This document shows positions 28,792 to 39,377 of a DNA stretch of 64,000 bases, piece by piece. The notes beneath the pieces are model-generated. The model made no database searches and was not told the DNA's origin. It worked only from the letters and a program-made list of their open reading frames with translations. The DNA lies in assembly GCA_965218425.1 (NCBI GenBank), contig OZ244621.1, positions 224,001-288,000 of the forward strand. The letters are read 5' to 3'. Made by a program: the position numbers and the translations under genes. Each line of letters begins with the position of its first letter. Within the stretch, counting starts at the first letter, position 1. Origin of the DNA: an uncultured Candidatus Binatia bacterium (lineage in GTDB: Bacteria > Desulfobacterota > Binatia > UBA9968 > CAXXLF01).

Positions 28792-30428
28792 ATGGCCTAT
28801 TTTCGAGATCTACGCGAGTTCGTTCAACACCTTAAACAGCAACAAAAGTTATACCGATATGTGCATCGGATCAACAAAGATACCGATCTCTATCCGCTTT
28901 ATCGAGTTCAGATGCGCGGCCTTCGAGACGAAGAACGAAAGGTTTCTCTTTTTGAGAACGTGGTGGGGGCCCAGAATTCCAACTATGACATGTCGGTTCT
29001 AGCAGGAGTTTACGGGGCCTCGGAGGAGACCCTGGGGCTCGGAATGGGCTGTAAAGAATACGTGGAGATGCTGGAAAAATGGCATCACGCTCTAATCCAT
29101 CCGGTACCTCCGGTTATAGTGGATGAGGGTCCGGTTCAGGAAGCGGTGCACGTGGGGAAAGAAATTAAAGAGTTGGGCCTGGATGAGTTTCCTGCGCCTG
29201 TAGAGGAGCCAGGATTTAGTGGAATGATTCGCACGGGCCTCCCAATGATCACCAAGGACCCGGAAACCGGAATGCGCAATGTTGGCACCTATCATGGATT
29301 TTTCCGTGCCCGTGATCGCTTGGCGGCTGGTATCGGCCCAATTAGGGCTCCCATGGCATATCATTGGCTGGAAGCACGCAAGCGTGAGCAAGGTCTGCCC
29401 CTAGCAATTGTCATTGGTTCGACTCCCAATGTTATGCTGGTTGGATCCGCCGAAATTCCATATGGTGTAGATGAGTTAGCCGTTGCTGGGGGTATTGCCG
29501 ATTCTCCTGTTGAGCTGGTCAAGTGTCGTACCATTCCCCTTGAGGTCCCTGCTCACGCTGAGGCCGTGATCGAAGGATTGCTGTCTACTGAGGTGATGGA
29601 GCCACGTTTACCTTTTGGTAAGTACCCGGGCTACCTAAACCCGGAGATAAATCTGATTCCAGTGATGCACGTGACTGCAGTGACCCATCGCAAAAACGCC
29701 ATGTTTACCCCGGTTCTCGTAGGCTTTCCTCCCAGCGATACCAACATTGTTTGGGGTTTTGCTCATAGCGCCATTTTGTACAACCATCTGAAATACGAGT
29801 GCAATCTACCTGTAGATGAAGTTTATTTCCCCCAGTTAGGCGGAGGAAGTCATTTCTGCCTACTCCGAGTTGCGGAAGGCGCGTCACAGGAAATGGTGAC
29901 GCAGATTCTCGAGGCGGCGGCAAAACAAAGGAGCGTCAGGTTTAAGTATGCCGTGGCAGTGGATTCGGACATTAACCTGCGAGATCCTGAACTTTTAGTC
30001 TGGTCTTTGTGCTTTAGGACACAACCCCAGGAAGACTTGACGGTTCTCCACGAGGGTGGTTCCAGCGGGCTGGATCCATCCGCGGCCCCTACAGGGTCGG
30101 GTCGTGGAAGGTTGAGGTCCCAACGGAAACAAGATTACTCCCGAGTGTTAATCAACGCGACGCGAAAGTGGCCTTATCCTCCTGTTGCGCTGCCGCGAAA
30201 AGATTTTATGGACAGATCTCTTCAAATCTGGGGGGAAAAGTGGATATGCCTCAACCAAGAATGCAAGAGCCTTGGAGTGGGTATTCCCTCGGATACTGGA
30301 CTGAGGAATTACAAGATTATGCCCATCTGATCGTCCAAGGAAAATCTCTTGCCGTAGGTGAAAAAGCAATCAAACTTCAGGAGAAGGTTACAGAAAACAT
30401 GATCAGGCGGCCCACCAGGAAACCGTGA
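28792..30428 (+). pseudogene. UbiD-family decarboxylase, C-terminal frameshift and altered active-site motif
   Basis: FRDLREF, ITKDPETG..NVGTY and EVPAHAEAVIEG motifs. PFGKY replaces PFGEY. The tail (PWSGYSLGYW) is in another frame after about 30238. Confidence 0.8.
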
Positions 30429-30701
30429 GCTGTTGCGATCGTAATTCTAGAAACCGAGGAGTCCAGCCTAGATTGTGGCACGAATAGCTATCAGCGGTCA
30501 GCAATTCAGGACTGAGTAATGAGTCCTGAGTACTGACGTCTTGCGCAAGGCGCCAATGGCTACCAGCCAATCAAGAGAGGAAGACACGGGCAATGAGCAG
30601 TAAGCAGCAAATCAGTACTGAGTAAAAAGTGCTGAGTTGGGGGAAGAGAGTGGAGGGGGTAGGGAAAACAGTGTTGAGGGAAAAGTTGGAAGAGAGGGGT
30701 A

Positions 30702-30729
30702 TTGACAGGGGGACGGGTTTAAAGATAAT
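30702..30729 (+). promoter_or_regulatory. Sigma70-like promoter
   Basis: TTGACA-N16-GATAAT upstream of the amidohydrolase gene. Confidence 0.55.
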
Positions 30730-30818
30730 AGAGTGGTTGATCGGAGGGGTGCGGAGAGTCCAAGGCTTCCGATGTTAGGGAGATTCGACGTTCTCAATCC
30801 GGAAAGGAGAAAGTCCTT

Positions 30819-31871
30819 ATGAAAAACGGATATTTCATAATCGACGCCGACGGGCATGTCTGTGACGACGAAGCAGCATTGAAACCTTATATGGGTCCCC
30901 AGTATCGCAACCGCCCTCTCCTACCCCGCAGCAATGTGGACCGGAGCCAGGGAGGAAAGTACGGCAAGCACCACAAAGATCCCGCTATACAGATCGAGGA
31001 CATGGACATCGAGGGAGTCGATATTATGACTCTCTACGGGACAGGAACTCTCGGCATGTGGAGGATCAAGGAACGTGAGCTGTCCGTCGAGCTTCATCGT
31101 GCCTACAACGACTGGCTAGCGGATTTTTGCCGTGACAATCCTAAACGGCTGAAAGGGGTAGCGGCCTTACCGATGATAGAGCCCGATAGGGCTGCACGGG
31201 AACTCGAGCGGGCGGTGACCCAACTGGGCTTTGTCGGCGCAATGGCGCACACGACGATCTACAATCATCACGTAGGCGAAGCCTATTACGATGAGCTCTA
31301 TTCATGCGCCCAGCAGTACAACGTGCCCATCGGCTTTCATGCCTCGGGCTCGGAACTTGATCGATTCGACACCTTTCTCGCAGAGCACACCATGGGGCAC
31401 ACCCATGAGCAGATATGCTCGACCCTATTGGTCGTCTACTGCGGGGTGTTGGAAAAATTCCCGCGCTTGAAGGTAGGGTTTCTCGAGGGTTTGTCCGGGT
31501 GGATACCCGCCATGGCCGAACGGATGGATGAAGAATATGAGAGGAGGCCCCATGAGGCGCCACTGCTCAAGAAGAAGCCGACCGAGTATTTTCGCGAGGG
31601 TCGCATGTTCTTCGGGATCGAGTCGGGAGAGTGGATGTTACCCGTTGTGATCCGGTATTTGGGGACCGACGAGACTCTGATGTTTTCATCGGACTATCCC
31701 CACTGGGACGGCGAGTTCCCCAATGCCACGAAGACCCTGGTGGAGCGGGAGGATTTGACCGACCAGAACAAACGCAACATCCTCGGAGAAAATGCCCGGA
31801 AGTTCTATGCGGGTCTGACTGAAGTGGAAACCGCCCAGTTCCAATCGGCAGCGACACAGCAGCCGGCGTAG
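30819..31871 (+). CDS. Amidohydrolase_2 family protein
   Basis: IDADGH, AYNDWL, FLEG and SSDYPHWD motifs. Confidence 0.92.
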   Translation: MKNGYFIIDADGHVCDDEAALKPYMGPQYRNRPLLPRSNVDRSQGGKYGKHHKDPAIQIEDMDIEGVDIMTLYGTGTLGMWRIKERELSVELHRAYNDWLADFCRDNPKRLKGVAALPMIEPDRAARELERAVTQLGFVGAMAHTTIYNHHVGEAYYDELYSCAQQYNVPIGFHASGSELDRFDTFLAEHTMGHTHEQICSTLLVVYCGVLEKFPRLKVGFLEGLSGWIPAMAERMDEEYERRPHEAPLLKKKPTEYFREGRMFFGIESGEWMLPVVIRYLGTDETLMFSSDYPHWDGEFPNATKTLVEREDLTDQNKRNILGENARKFYAGLTEVETAQFQSAATQQPA

Positions 31872-32263
31872 GGCGGAAGAAATGCTCTTAGCCAAACAGA
31901 CAACAAAGCGCACAGCGCATGCAGCAACGCATCAAAAGCGATTAGCCTCAGATTTTGAGAAAAGAAACCCGCGCAAAGGCGCAAAGGGCGTCAAGCTCGG
32001 AAATCATATACTAACCGCAGATTGACGCAGATCAAAAAACAGCAAAACGCAATCAGGACTGAGCAATGAGCGCTGTGGACTGAGTATCGCACATCACGCG
32101 GACTACGGACCACTGACTACAGCACAACGGAGAAGAAAAGGACAGTTAATTGCAGACAAAGGATGAAAAGCACGTAATCGGCAGAATGCTAAAATTGAAG
32201 GAACTTTATTCGGATCAAATCATTATAACGGGAAAATCCAAACACCGCGGGGCGAGTTGGATG

Positions 32264-32292
32264 TTGACAGGACACCTGTCATCGACTAGATT
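32264..32292 (+). promoter_or_regulatory. Promoter with an overlapping palindromic operator
   Basis: TTGACA-N17-TAGATT with a perfect TGACAGG-aca-CCTGTCA inverted repeat at 32265-32281. Confidence 0.6.
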
Positions 32293-32350
32293 TTGCTAGC
32301 ATCGTTAGAAAAAATTAAGGAATTTGAAATAAATTCCAAGGAGGTAGATT

Positions 32351-33010
32351 ATGGCACTACATATCGGAGAAGAAGTTCCCAATTTCACCGCGGAGACAAC
32401 GGAAGGAACCATCAACTTTCACGAATGGATCGGCAACGGGTGGGCTATCCTGTTTTCGCATCCAAAGGATTTCACCCCCGTCTGCACCACCGAGCTCGGG
32501 TACATGGCGAGTCTAAAGCCGGAGTTCGACAAGCGGAATTGCAAGGTGATGGGTCTGAGCATTGATTCGGTGGCGGATCACCAGAAATGGTCCAAGGACA
32601 TTGAGGAAACCCAGGGCCATGCGGTGAATTTTCCAATCGTCGGTGACTTTGATTTGAAAGTCGCCAAGACGTTCGATATGATTCAGCCCAGCGCCAGCGG
32701 AACCGCCGAGGGGCGAACGGCGGCGGACAATTCAACGGTCCGGTCGGTGTTCATCATAGGACCTGACAAAAAGATCAAACTGATGCTCACCTATCCCATG
32801 ACGACTGGCCGTAACTTTGACGAAGTACTGCGCGTCCTGGATTCTATGCAGTTAACCGCGAAGCATCAGGTTGCCACACCGGTGAATTGGAAGCATGGCG
32901 ACGACGTCATCATCGTCCCTGCAGTATCCAATGAAGAGGCACAAAAAAAGTACCCGGGCGGTTGGAAGACAGTGAAACCCTATCTCCGCCTCGTATCGCC
33001 GCCGAAGTAA
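32351..33010 (+). CDS. 1-Cys peroxiredoxin (Prx6)
   Basis: FSHPKDFTPVCTTELG and YPMTTGRNFDE motifs. Confidence 0.96.
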   Translation: MALHIGEEVPNFTAETTEGTINFHEWIGNGWAILFSHPKDFTPVCTTELGYMASLKPEFDKRNCKVMGLSIDSVADHQKWSKDIEETQGHAVNFPIVGDFDLKVAKTFDMIQPSASGTAEGRTAADNSTVRSVFIIGPDKKIKLMLTYPMTTGRNFDEVLRVLDSMQLTAKHQVATPVNWKHGDDVIIVPAVSNEEAQKKYPGGWKTVKPYLRLVSPPK

Positions 33011-33017
33011 AACCCAT

Positions 33018-33977
33018 TCAAGGCATCTTTGCGCGGAACGGAAACTCCCGGACCTCGGGTTCAAACAGGCTCTCCGGGACAAGTCGCTGCTGGGTCAGTC
33101 CCTGGTCATGGGCGTAGGCCAGGAACTGGTCCAGCTGCGCACGATTGCGCTCCAGGCCGTAGGGCCACGGATCGTCACCGAACATCTCCACTGTCTCATC
33201 GAGATAGGACCGCATCAGAGGAAGACTGGTCATCCGCTCGTTTCGAAGCTGACCATAAGCAGACTCTTTTGCCTGATCGAAGGCCCCGCACAGCTCCTCG
33301 AGAAGCCCTCGCCGTTTCTGGACAGCCTTATTCGATACCACAATGACATGAACGATGATGTGAAAACCCGTCTTTCGATAAAAGTCGCGCTGCAAGGTGT
33401 GAACGCCCGGGTGGACGCGCACGACTTTCTTCCGGTCCTCCTCTGACAACACAGGTGTCCCCTCCGTCATCAGGCAGTCCACCGTACCGTCCAGTAGCCG
33501 CTCCACACCGAGATGCGGTCCTGGACTTACCACCACCTTGATCCCTTCAGGAAGGCTCATTCTCTTGTCACGTTCCGGCGAGGTACAGTGCCACTGGATC
33601 TCCTCTGGCGTGATGCCATGCTCGTCCTTGAGCATCCCGCGTTGCCAAATAGACGCGGTCATGAAGTATTGTGGAACGAGTACACGACGGCCACGCAACT
33701 CTCCCGTGGAACGTATCCCCGTCTCCGGACGGGTGTAAACGTATTGATGAATGAATAGACGATCGGGAAACACCGGGATGGCGGCAAAAGGCGCGCCGAT
33801 ATTGCGAAGGAACACATAGTGGGCAAGGGGCATTTCAGCCGCATCGAAGACTCCATCTATGACACCGGCCACACCGGTTCCCGCAGGGACCTGCATCACC
33901 ATAGCATCGTCAATAGATACGGTCCTCGTATGAAGCGCGTCAGTCCGGTCAAAACGTTGTAACGCTAGAGTAAACAT
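33018..33977 (-). CDS. 4,5-dihydroxyphthalate decarboxylase-like protein
   Basis: FDRT, PVFPDR.F.H, QYFMTASIWQRG.L and DPWPYGL..NR motifs. Confidence 0.8.
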   Translation of the reverse strand: MFTLALQRFDRTDALHTRTVSIDDAMVMQVPAGTGVAGVIDGVFDAAEMPLAHYVFLRNIGAPFAAIPVFPDRLFIHQYVYTRPETGIRSTGELRGRRVLVPQYFMTASIWQRGMLKDEHGITPEEIQWHCTSPERDKRMSLPEGIKVVVSPGPHLGVERLLDGTVDCLMTEGTPVLSEEDRKKVVRVHPGVHTLQRDFYRKTGFHIIVHVIVVSNKAVQKRRGLLEELCGAFDQAKESAYGQLRNERMTSLPLMRSYLDETVEMFGDDPWPYGLERNRAQLDQFLAYAHDQGLTQQRLVPESLFEPEVREFPFRAKMP

Positions 33978-34028
33978 CCTGGCGGCTGATCGTATTGGAG
34001 GCTAACTTCACCGGTTCCCGGCAAGCCA

Positions 34029-35180
34029 CTAGCTGGCTTTTTTCGCACGCTTTGTTCTGGCCACATGGTACCCCTGCAACACCAGCTTCCTCCAATGGAC
34101 CACAATGGCATCAGTCCAAGACATCTTTTCCCTCGAATGGTAATTCTGGGAACCGATAATCCTCAGGTCCTGGGAGGAAAAATTCGTATTCATGGCCCAA
34201 CGCCGGTAGAGGTAGTATGACAAACAAAACCTGAGCTTCCAGGCCCTCGATCCCTTAGTGACATGCCAGTAAAAGTTTCTGACCGAGTCCTTGTCCACGG
34301 GGACTCCCCAACGCATGTACAGATGATCGGGATAGGTTATTCTGGTGATCCCCGGCAGGACGATTTCCTGGGTGTAGGGTTTGCCGGTGAAGTTTCCTTT
34401 GCTCCATGACTTTCTAAAAATCCATTGCCAGTATTTCCGCAAGAAGCGTCTGGGAAACCGGCCGAGACCCGGGTAGTCTTTCTGTACGGCAGGCCATGTC
34501 TCTTTAATCAGGGCCAGCCCTTTGCCATCGCGAGTTAATATGGGAGTGAGTTTCTGTCCCATGGGTCCCACGCCGGACAGCACCGCCAATACGGAATGTC
34601 GATGCACGTAAGGGGCGTGGCCGTCGATGGCGTTTTCGATCAAAGGGCGCCAGTTGATGGGCCAGAGCCGGACGTCTGTCAGCACTTGAACGTTGGGTTC
34701 CAGGAACTCTTCTGGAACATCCTCTGCCAGGGGAACGGGTTCCCCTTCTCCCATCCAGACCCACGCAATGCCGCACAGCTCCTCCATCTGCTTGCGAGGA
34801 ATGCGAACACCTGCCTCCAGAATACGGGACTCGGGACCTTCAACCAGTGCAGCCACACACTTTCCTTGGGCATCGTAGGTCCAACCATGATAGGGACAGC
34901 TCACGGTTCCAGGAAAGTGACAGACACCGTTTGATAGTTTGGACCCGCGATGAGCACACAGGTCCTCCAAGGCAACGATCTTTCCGGCTCCATCGCGGAA
35001 GAAAACCAAGTTCTCACCCAGTAAACGGATGCCAACCGGCTTTTTCCTGCCCACTTCTTTTGCAAGCAGAGCCGGATACCAGTATTCCCGGAGTCCCTCG
35101 GCGGGAATCTGCTCGCGCCAATCAGAACCCGTTGCCTGACTGTTAGCTAACTCATCTTTTATCGTAACCGCCAAGGCCAT
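34029..35180 (-). CDS. Rieske oxygenase alpha subunit
   Basis: EYWYPA, CAHRG...CPYHGW and ENAIDGH...VH motifs. Confidence 0.92.
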   Translation of the reverse strand: MALAVTIKDELANSQATGSDWREQIPAEGLREYWYPALLAKEVGRKKPVGIRLLGENLVFFRDGAGKIVALEDLCAHRGSKLSNGVCHFPGTVSCPYHGWTYDAQGKCVAALVEGPESRILEAGVRIPRKQMEELCGIAWVWMGEGEPVPLAEDVPEEFLEPNVQVLTDVRLWPINWRPLIENAIDGHAPYVHRHSVLAVLSGVGPMGQKLTPILTRDGKGLALIKETWPAVQKDYPGLGRFPRRFLRKYWQWIFRKSWSKGNFTGKPYTQEIVLPGITRITYPDHLYMRWGVPVDKDSVRNFYWHVTKGSRAWKLRFCLSYYLYRRWAMNTNFSSQDLRIIGSQNYHSREKMSWTDAIVVHWRKLVLQGYHVARTKRAKKAS

Positions 35181-35212
35181 TGGACTTGTCTCCTGGAGTC
35201 ATTCCAATACAT

Positions 35213-36277
35213 TTACGGACGGAACACTGCGAAGCACTTGTTCGAGTTGAAGATGTAACTCTCCACGTAGTCGACGACGTTCACCTTGAGCTTCAACTCG
35301 GTCATCGCCCCTGCCAGGCATACCCAATTTAATATTTCGTTTTGACCGGCATCTTCGATCTGTGAAAGACTCAGTTCCCGCCACCTTCCGTGTCCCCCGT
35401 CCCTCAGCTCTTCAAACCGCCGCAGATCTGACTCCATGTCCGGATACAACCAGTGGTTCTTCTCAGTGAGAAAGGCATGAGACCAACTGGACGTAGCCAT
35501 CAGGACAACCCGCCAGGGACTCGCTCGAAGTAGACGGGCAACCGCGCGCCCCAGCTCAAAGCACCGCCTAGGAGATGGCGCCGGGGGGTCGGGCCCATCT
35601 TTTCCTTCTGCTTTTAGGTGTGCATTTCCACCCCGGCTGCGTATTACGGCACTTCCGTAGCAGTTCACATGAAACGGGATCAAACAATGGTCGAAACCCA
35701 ATCTGTCATAGTCTAAATAAAGGAGGGTCTGGCTGAAGGAATGGGCCAGCCCCCGGGCAAAACGCAGGGTGTAGGCATAGGGAAGGTCAAAATCCTCCTC
35801 CAGCAATCGGCTCACCAGGTAGCGTCCACCCGGAACGTGTCCTTTAACGGTGAAGACCTTGCCGGGCGGCTCATCCCAAACGTTCTGGGATGTGCGGGCC
35901 CATCGATCTATTCCAGCCAACGGGGTGTATTGAGCCTGGTCGAATATATATACACAGAAGGGGGGTATGATGTCCTCGCGGAAATTCTCATATTGATCGT
36001 CGCCCCAGACCACGATGAAATCTGGCCTGAAAGCTTCTATCTCCGCGCGAATCTTTCGAAACGCGCCCATGAGTTGCTCACGGTGCTTGCCCGCCGCAGT
36101 GGCTCCCTCGTCGCTGCCCCATTCCAACTGCATGGGCCGCGGCCAGCTTTGCACTTTCTTTAGTTGATCCGGGACACGGGGACTTTCCAAAGTGCGGCGC
36201 AAAAAAGCCGCCATATATGAATCGGGAACCATGGGACCTGGATAATGGCTCGTGCCGATTCCTAATATCTCTCCCAT
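35213..36277 (-). CDS. LigB-family extradiol ring-cleavage dioxygenase
   Basis: GTSHYP, WGDDQYENF, ATSSWSH and GQNEILNW motifs. Confidence 0.88.
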   Translation of the reverse strand: MGEILGIGTSHYPGPMVPDSYMAAFLRRTLESPRVPDQLKKVQSWPRPMQLEWGSDEGATAAGKHREQLMGAFRKIRAEIEAFRPDFIVVWGDDQYENFREDIIPPFCVYIFDQAQYTPLAGIDRWARTSQNVWDEPPGKVFTVKGHVPGGRYLVSRLLEEDFDLPYAYTLRFARGLAHSFSQTLLYLDYDRLGFDHCLIPFHVNCYGSAVIRSRGGNAHLKAEGKDGPDPPAPSPRRCFELGRAVARLLRASPWRVVLMATSSWSHAFLTEKNHWLYPDMESDLRRFEELRDGGHGRWRELSLSQIEDAGQNEILNWVCLAGAMTELKLKVNVVDYVESYIFNSNKCFAVFRP

Positions 36278-36292
36278 TTCTTCCTCTGTACT

Positions 36293-37885
36293 TTACGGCT
36301 TGGTCCGGCGTCCCCTGGCCTTTTCCCCGGTGATAAAATGATCCCCTCTCAAGGCAAGCTGGGCTTCTTCCTCGTCCTCCTCGGACCAAACCCCAAGACT
36401 GTATCCGTACCAGGGCATGCGAGGCTTCAAGGTGGGTAGTCCCAACTCTTCCCAGAGGGCCTTCGCGCCTTCCATGAACTCTTTGCGCGGCAACGATACC
36501 GGGAGATAGGGCCACGGCCGGGTGGCATTAATCAACAGGGCAGTCATTTCCACTTTTCTCTTCTCCTCACTTGAGGCAGTCGGTGGAGCTGCGGAAGGGT
36601 CCAAGCCTCCCGTTTTGCCTTTGGTAATGGCAACATCCTTATCAGGAACGACATTAAAACATATGGCCCAGTTGATCATTGCCGGGGCGCGCATATCGAT
36701 ATCCTCATCCACCGCAACGCAAATCTTGGTGTAGTTTGCCGCGAAGGCGGCCGCGGCATGTAACGCCCGCCACACCTCGGCATCATTGCTTTTTCTGGTC
36801 TTGATGACGCAGTAGGCTTGCCCGCTTCCGCTCACTTCATCATGAATGGCAACGTCCAGGACGCTCGAGTTTCCGCAATCGAACCTGAGGTACTTGTAAA
36901 TAACCTTTTCGGTTCCCACATGTTTGATCTTGCTGCTCTCGCTGGGAGGGAACTGGCTAATAAGCGCGCTGTAAATGGCGTCCCGCCGGTGAGTAATACA
37001 GGTTACTTCCATATAAGGCGAATGTCCCCGCGGGCCCAGGTAGCCCGTGTATTCGCCGAATGGGCCCTCAGGCTCAAGGGAATCCGTTGGGATAACTCCT
37101 TCGATGACCACTTCTGCCGCGGCCGGCACCTCAAGATCCACGGTAACGCACTTTACCAGTTCCACGGGCTCTCCGGCCAATCCCCCAGCTAACCGGTATT
37201 CGTCAAAATCATAGGGAAGCTTCGCGGTGGCGGCATAGGCTACGCTGGGAATGGCGCCCACCACAATCGCAGCTTCCAAGGGTTTTCCCTTTGCCAAACA
37301 CTTTCTCCAGTGCTGTCCCATATGCTGGTTGAGAAACAGACCGCCTACTCTATTGGGACTCTTAATCTGTCCCCGGTAGTTCCCAACATTGACGATGCCT
37401 GTTGCGGGATCCTTGGAGATCCAATTGGCCGAGGTGAGATAAGGGGCATTATCAAAACCCGGAGTCGAAATGGGTACCGGGAGCATATCCAGCCCGTGGC
37501 CCTCATGGAGATCCTTCCCTTGCCGGATCACCTCATGGACCGGCCCCGAGCTTAGAGTTAACGGTTGAATTGGATGGAGCTGGGCCTTTGTCCAGAGCTC
37601 ATAGATCTCCTCAGATCTGCAATTGAGGCCAATAGCATAGATTTCAGTGGAGGCGGCAAGGGTACCAACTGAAACAGGCATATTGTAGTGCCGCCCTTTC
37701 ACATCAACCACGTTCTCAAACAGGAACGCCTTGCGGTCCTCCTCCTCTAGACCCCGGAATTGCCAGCGCACCAGCGGCATCAGCTCGGTATCTTTATTAA
37801 TCTTACGTTTTATCCTTAATAATTTTCCCTTCTCCTCCAATGCCGCAAGATGCTCTCTCGTGTCTCTGTAATAATTTCCTTTCAC
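36293..37885 (-). CDS. UbiD-family decarboxylase
   Basis: YYRDTREHL, NVGNYR and an intact EGPFGEY motif. GTG start after GAGG. Confidence 0.92.
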   Translation of the reverse strand: MKGNYYRDTREHLAALEEKGKLLRIKRKINKDTELMPLVRWQFRGLEEEDRKAFLFENVVDVKGRHYNMPVSVGTLAASTEIYAIGLNCRSEEIYELWTKAQLHPIQPLTLSSGPVHEVIRQGKDLHEGHGLDMLPVPISTPGFDNAPYLTSANWISKDPATGIVNVGNYRGQIKSPNRVGGLFLNQHMGQHWRKCLAKGKPLEAAIVVGAIPSVAYAATAKLPYDFDEYRLAGGLAGEPVELVKCVTVDLEVPAAAEVVIEGVIPTDSLEPEGPFGEYTGYLGPRGHSPYMEVTCITHRRDAIYSALISQFPPSESSKIKHVGTEKVIYKYLRFDCGNSSVLDVAIHDEVSGSGQAYCVIKTRKSNDAEVWRALHAAAAFAANYTKICVAVDEDIDMRAPAMINWAICFNVVPDKDVAITKGKTGGLDPSAAPPTASSEEKRKVEMTALLINATRPWPYLPVSLPRKEFMEGAKALWEELGLPTLKPRMPWYGYSLGVWSEEDEEEAQLALRGDHFITGEKARGRRTKP

Positions 37886-38076
37886 GATGGTTCCTCGAGT
37901 TGGACCTCCATTAACACCGCCCCTACGGACTGTCAAGGCGAGCTGAGACAACAGCAGGGAGCATAGACAAAACAGCTATCAGCCGTCAGCCAAAAAAACG
38001 TAAAGCGCAAAGAGCATGGCGCAAAGCGACTGGGAGGCGCTGCGCCTCCTGGCCCCGCGTCATTTCGCAAATGCCG

Positions 38077-39285
38077 CTATCTCCCCCGGACCTCGTAGTA
38101 GATCTTCACTGCTTGTTTCAGTGCCCAAATCCGTTTTTTCTGGGCCTGCGGGTCATGGGCGATGGTCATGTATTCGATCCCGGGCCGACGCATTTCAACC
38201 GCTTCCACCATACCCTTTTCCGTAACGTCCTCGCGGAAGGACTGATCAGGCACCCGCTCGCTCTTGATCTGCATGATTGTCTGGCCTTCCTTGGAGAGTA
38301 GCCAGTTGACGAAAAGTTTCGCGGCGTAGGGGTGGGGTCTCCGGTTGACTACCATTATATTATTGGAGGCTCCGGTTCCCTGTAGAATGGGACGTTCCTT
38401 CACCGGCTTGTCGATGATCTGCGTAAAGCTCGCCACGGGAAGCCCCTGCCTACCGAGCCTGTCGATATCCCTGCCGCCGGAGCCTACAAATATCGCCATG
38501 GTGTATTTCCCCCGGGCAACCCTGTCTGCGATCTGGCGGAAATCGGAGCTGAACTGAACATTCAGTTCCCGGCGAAACATGCGCCGCAGATACTTCGGCC
38601 CCAGATCCGGGTGGACCATGACGGTGAAATAAGTTCCCAGGGCGCCGGAAGCCGTGGGCGGAAGGGAGACGATCTGTCCGGCGAATCTTTTGTCGAGAAA
38701 GGTCCAAACGGAGTCGATCTTTTTCGCCTCCTTAATGGGCAGTTTGTTCGTGTTGAAACGCATGCCTATGGGGGTGAGTTCGGCGTTGGCTGAGAAGGCG
38801 AACACGTACTTCTCCTCCGGATCGCTGTAGCGGTGCGTGCCTTTGTACCAAAGGGATTGGTCCACCACTTCTGGGTGGAACAAGACCGGCCCGATGGGAT
38901 CGAGCACCTTGTTGGGCAGTAGACGTGTATTGGCGCTGCCCCCCCCAATGAGTACGACGTCGACCTTAAACTTGCCAGCACCGCGCTCGGCCAGGAGCCG
39001 GTCCGCCTGCCTGCGCCCACCGCCGGTGGAGACCACCGTTCGGATACCGAACTTGTTTTCGAAGTACTTGAAGATGGGACGGTAGTTGCGCGACGCCGAG
39101 CCGCCCAGCACGGCCACAAGAGTGCCTTCCTCTTTAGCTTTGGCAATCGTATCGTCCCACATATTCGCCCCGGACAAACCCGGTATGGCGAGCACCAATA
39201 GCACCGCTAGCAAACAGGTCAATGGGTCCAGAGGCCTGAACCGCGTCATTATTTTTGAAAGATCCTTCCTACACATCATGCTCAA
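38077..39285 (-). CDS. ABC-type solute-binding protein
   Basis: Signal peptide, AKEEG, and PHPYAAKLFVNWLLSKEGQ. Confidence 0.88.
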   Translation of the reverse strand: MSMMCRKDLSKIMTRFRPLDPLTCLLAVLLVLAIPGLSGANMWDDTIAKAKEEGTLVAVLGGSASRNYRPIFKYFENKFGIRTVVSTGGGRRQADRLLAERGAGKFKVDVVLIGGGSANTRLLPNKVLDPIGPVLFHPEVVDQSLWYKGTHRYSDPEEKYVFAFSANAELTPIGMRFNTNKLPIKEAKKIDSVWTFLDKRFAGQIVSLPPTASGALGTYFTVMVHPDLGPKYLRRMFRRELNVQFSSDFRQIADRVARGKYTMAIFVGSGGRDIDRLGRQGLPVASFTQIIDKPVKERPILQGTGASNNIMVVNRRPHPYAAKLFVNWLLSKEGQTIMQIKSERVPDQSFREDVTEKGMVEAVEMRRPGIEYMTIAHDPQAQKKRIWALKQAVKIYYEVRGR

Positions 39286-39377
39286 CCTCCTTTGTTACTG
39301 GATCAAAAAACTCTACCGTAATCAGTGAACAACGCAGCAACCAGATGGCCGCTCGGCCACAAGCACCTGCGGTTCGG

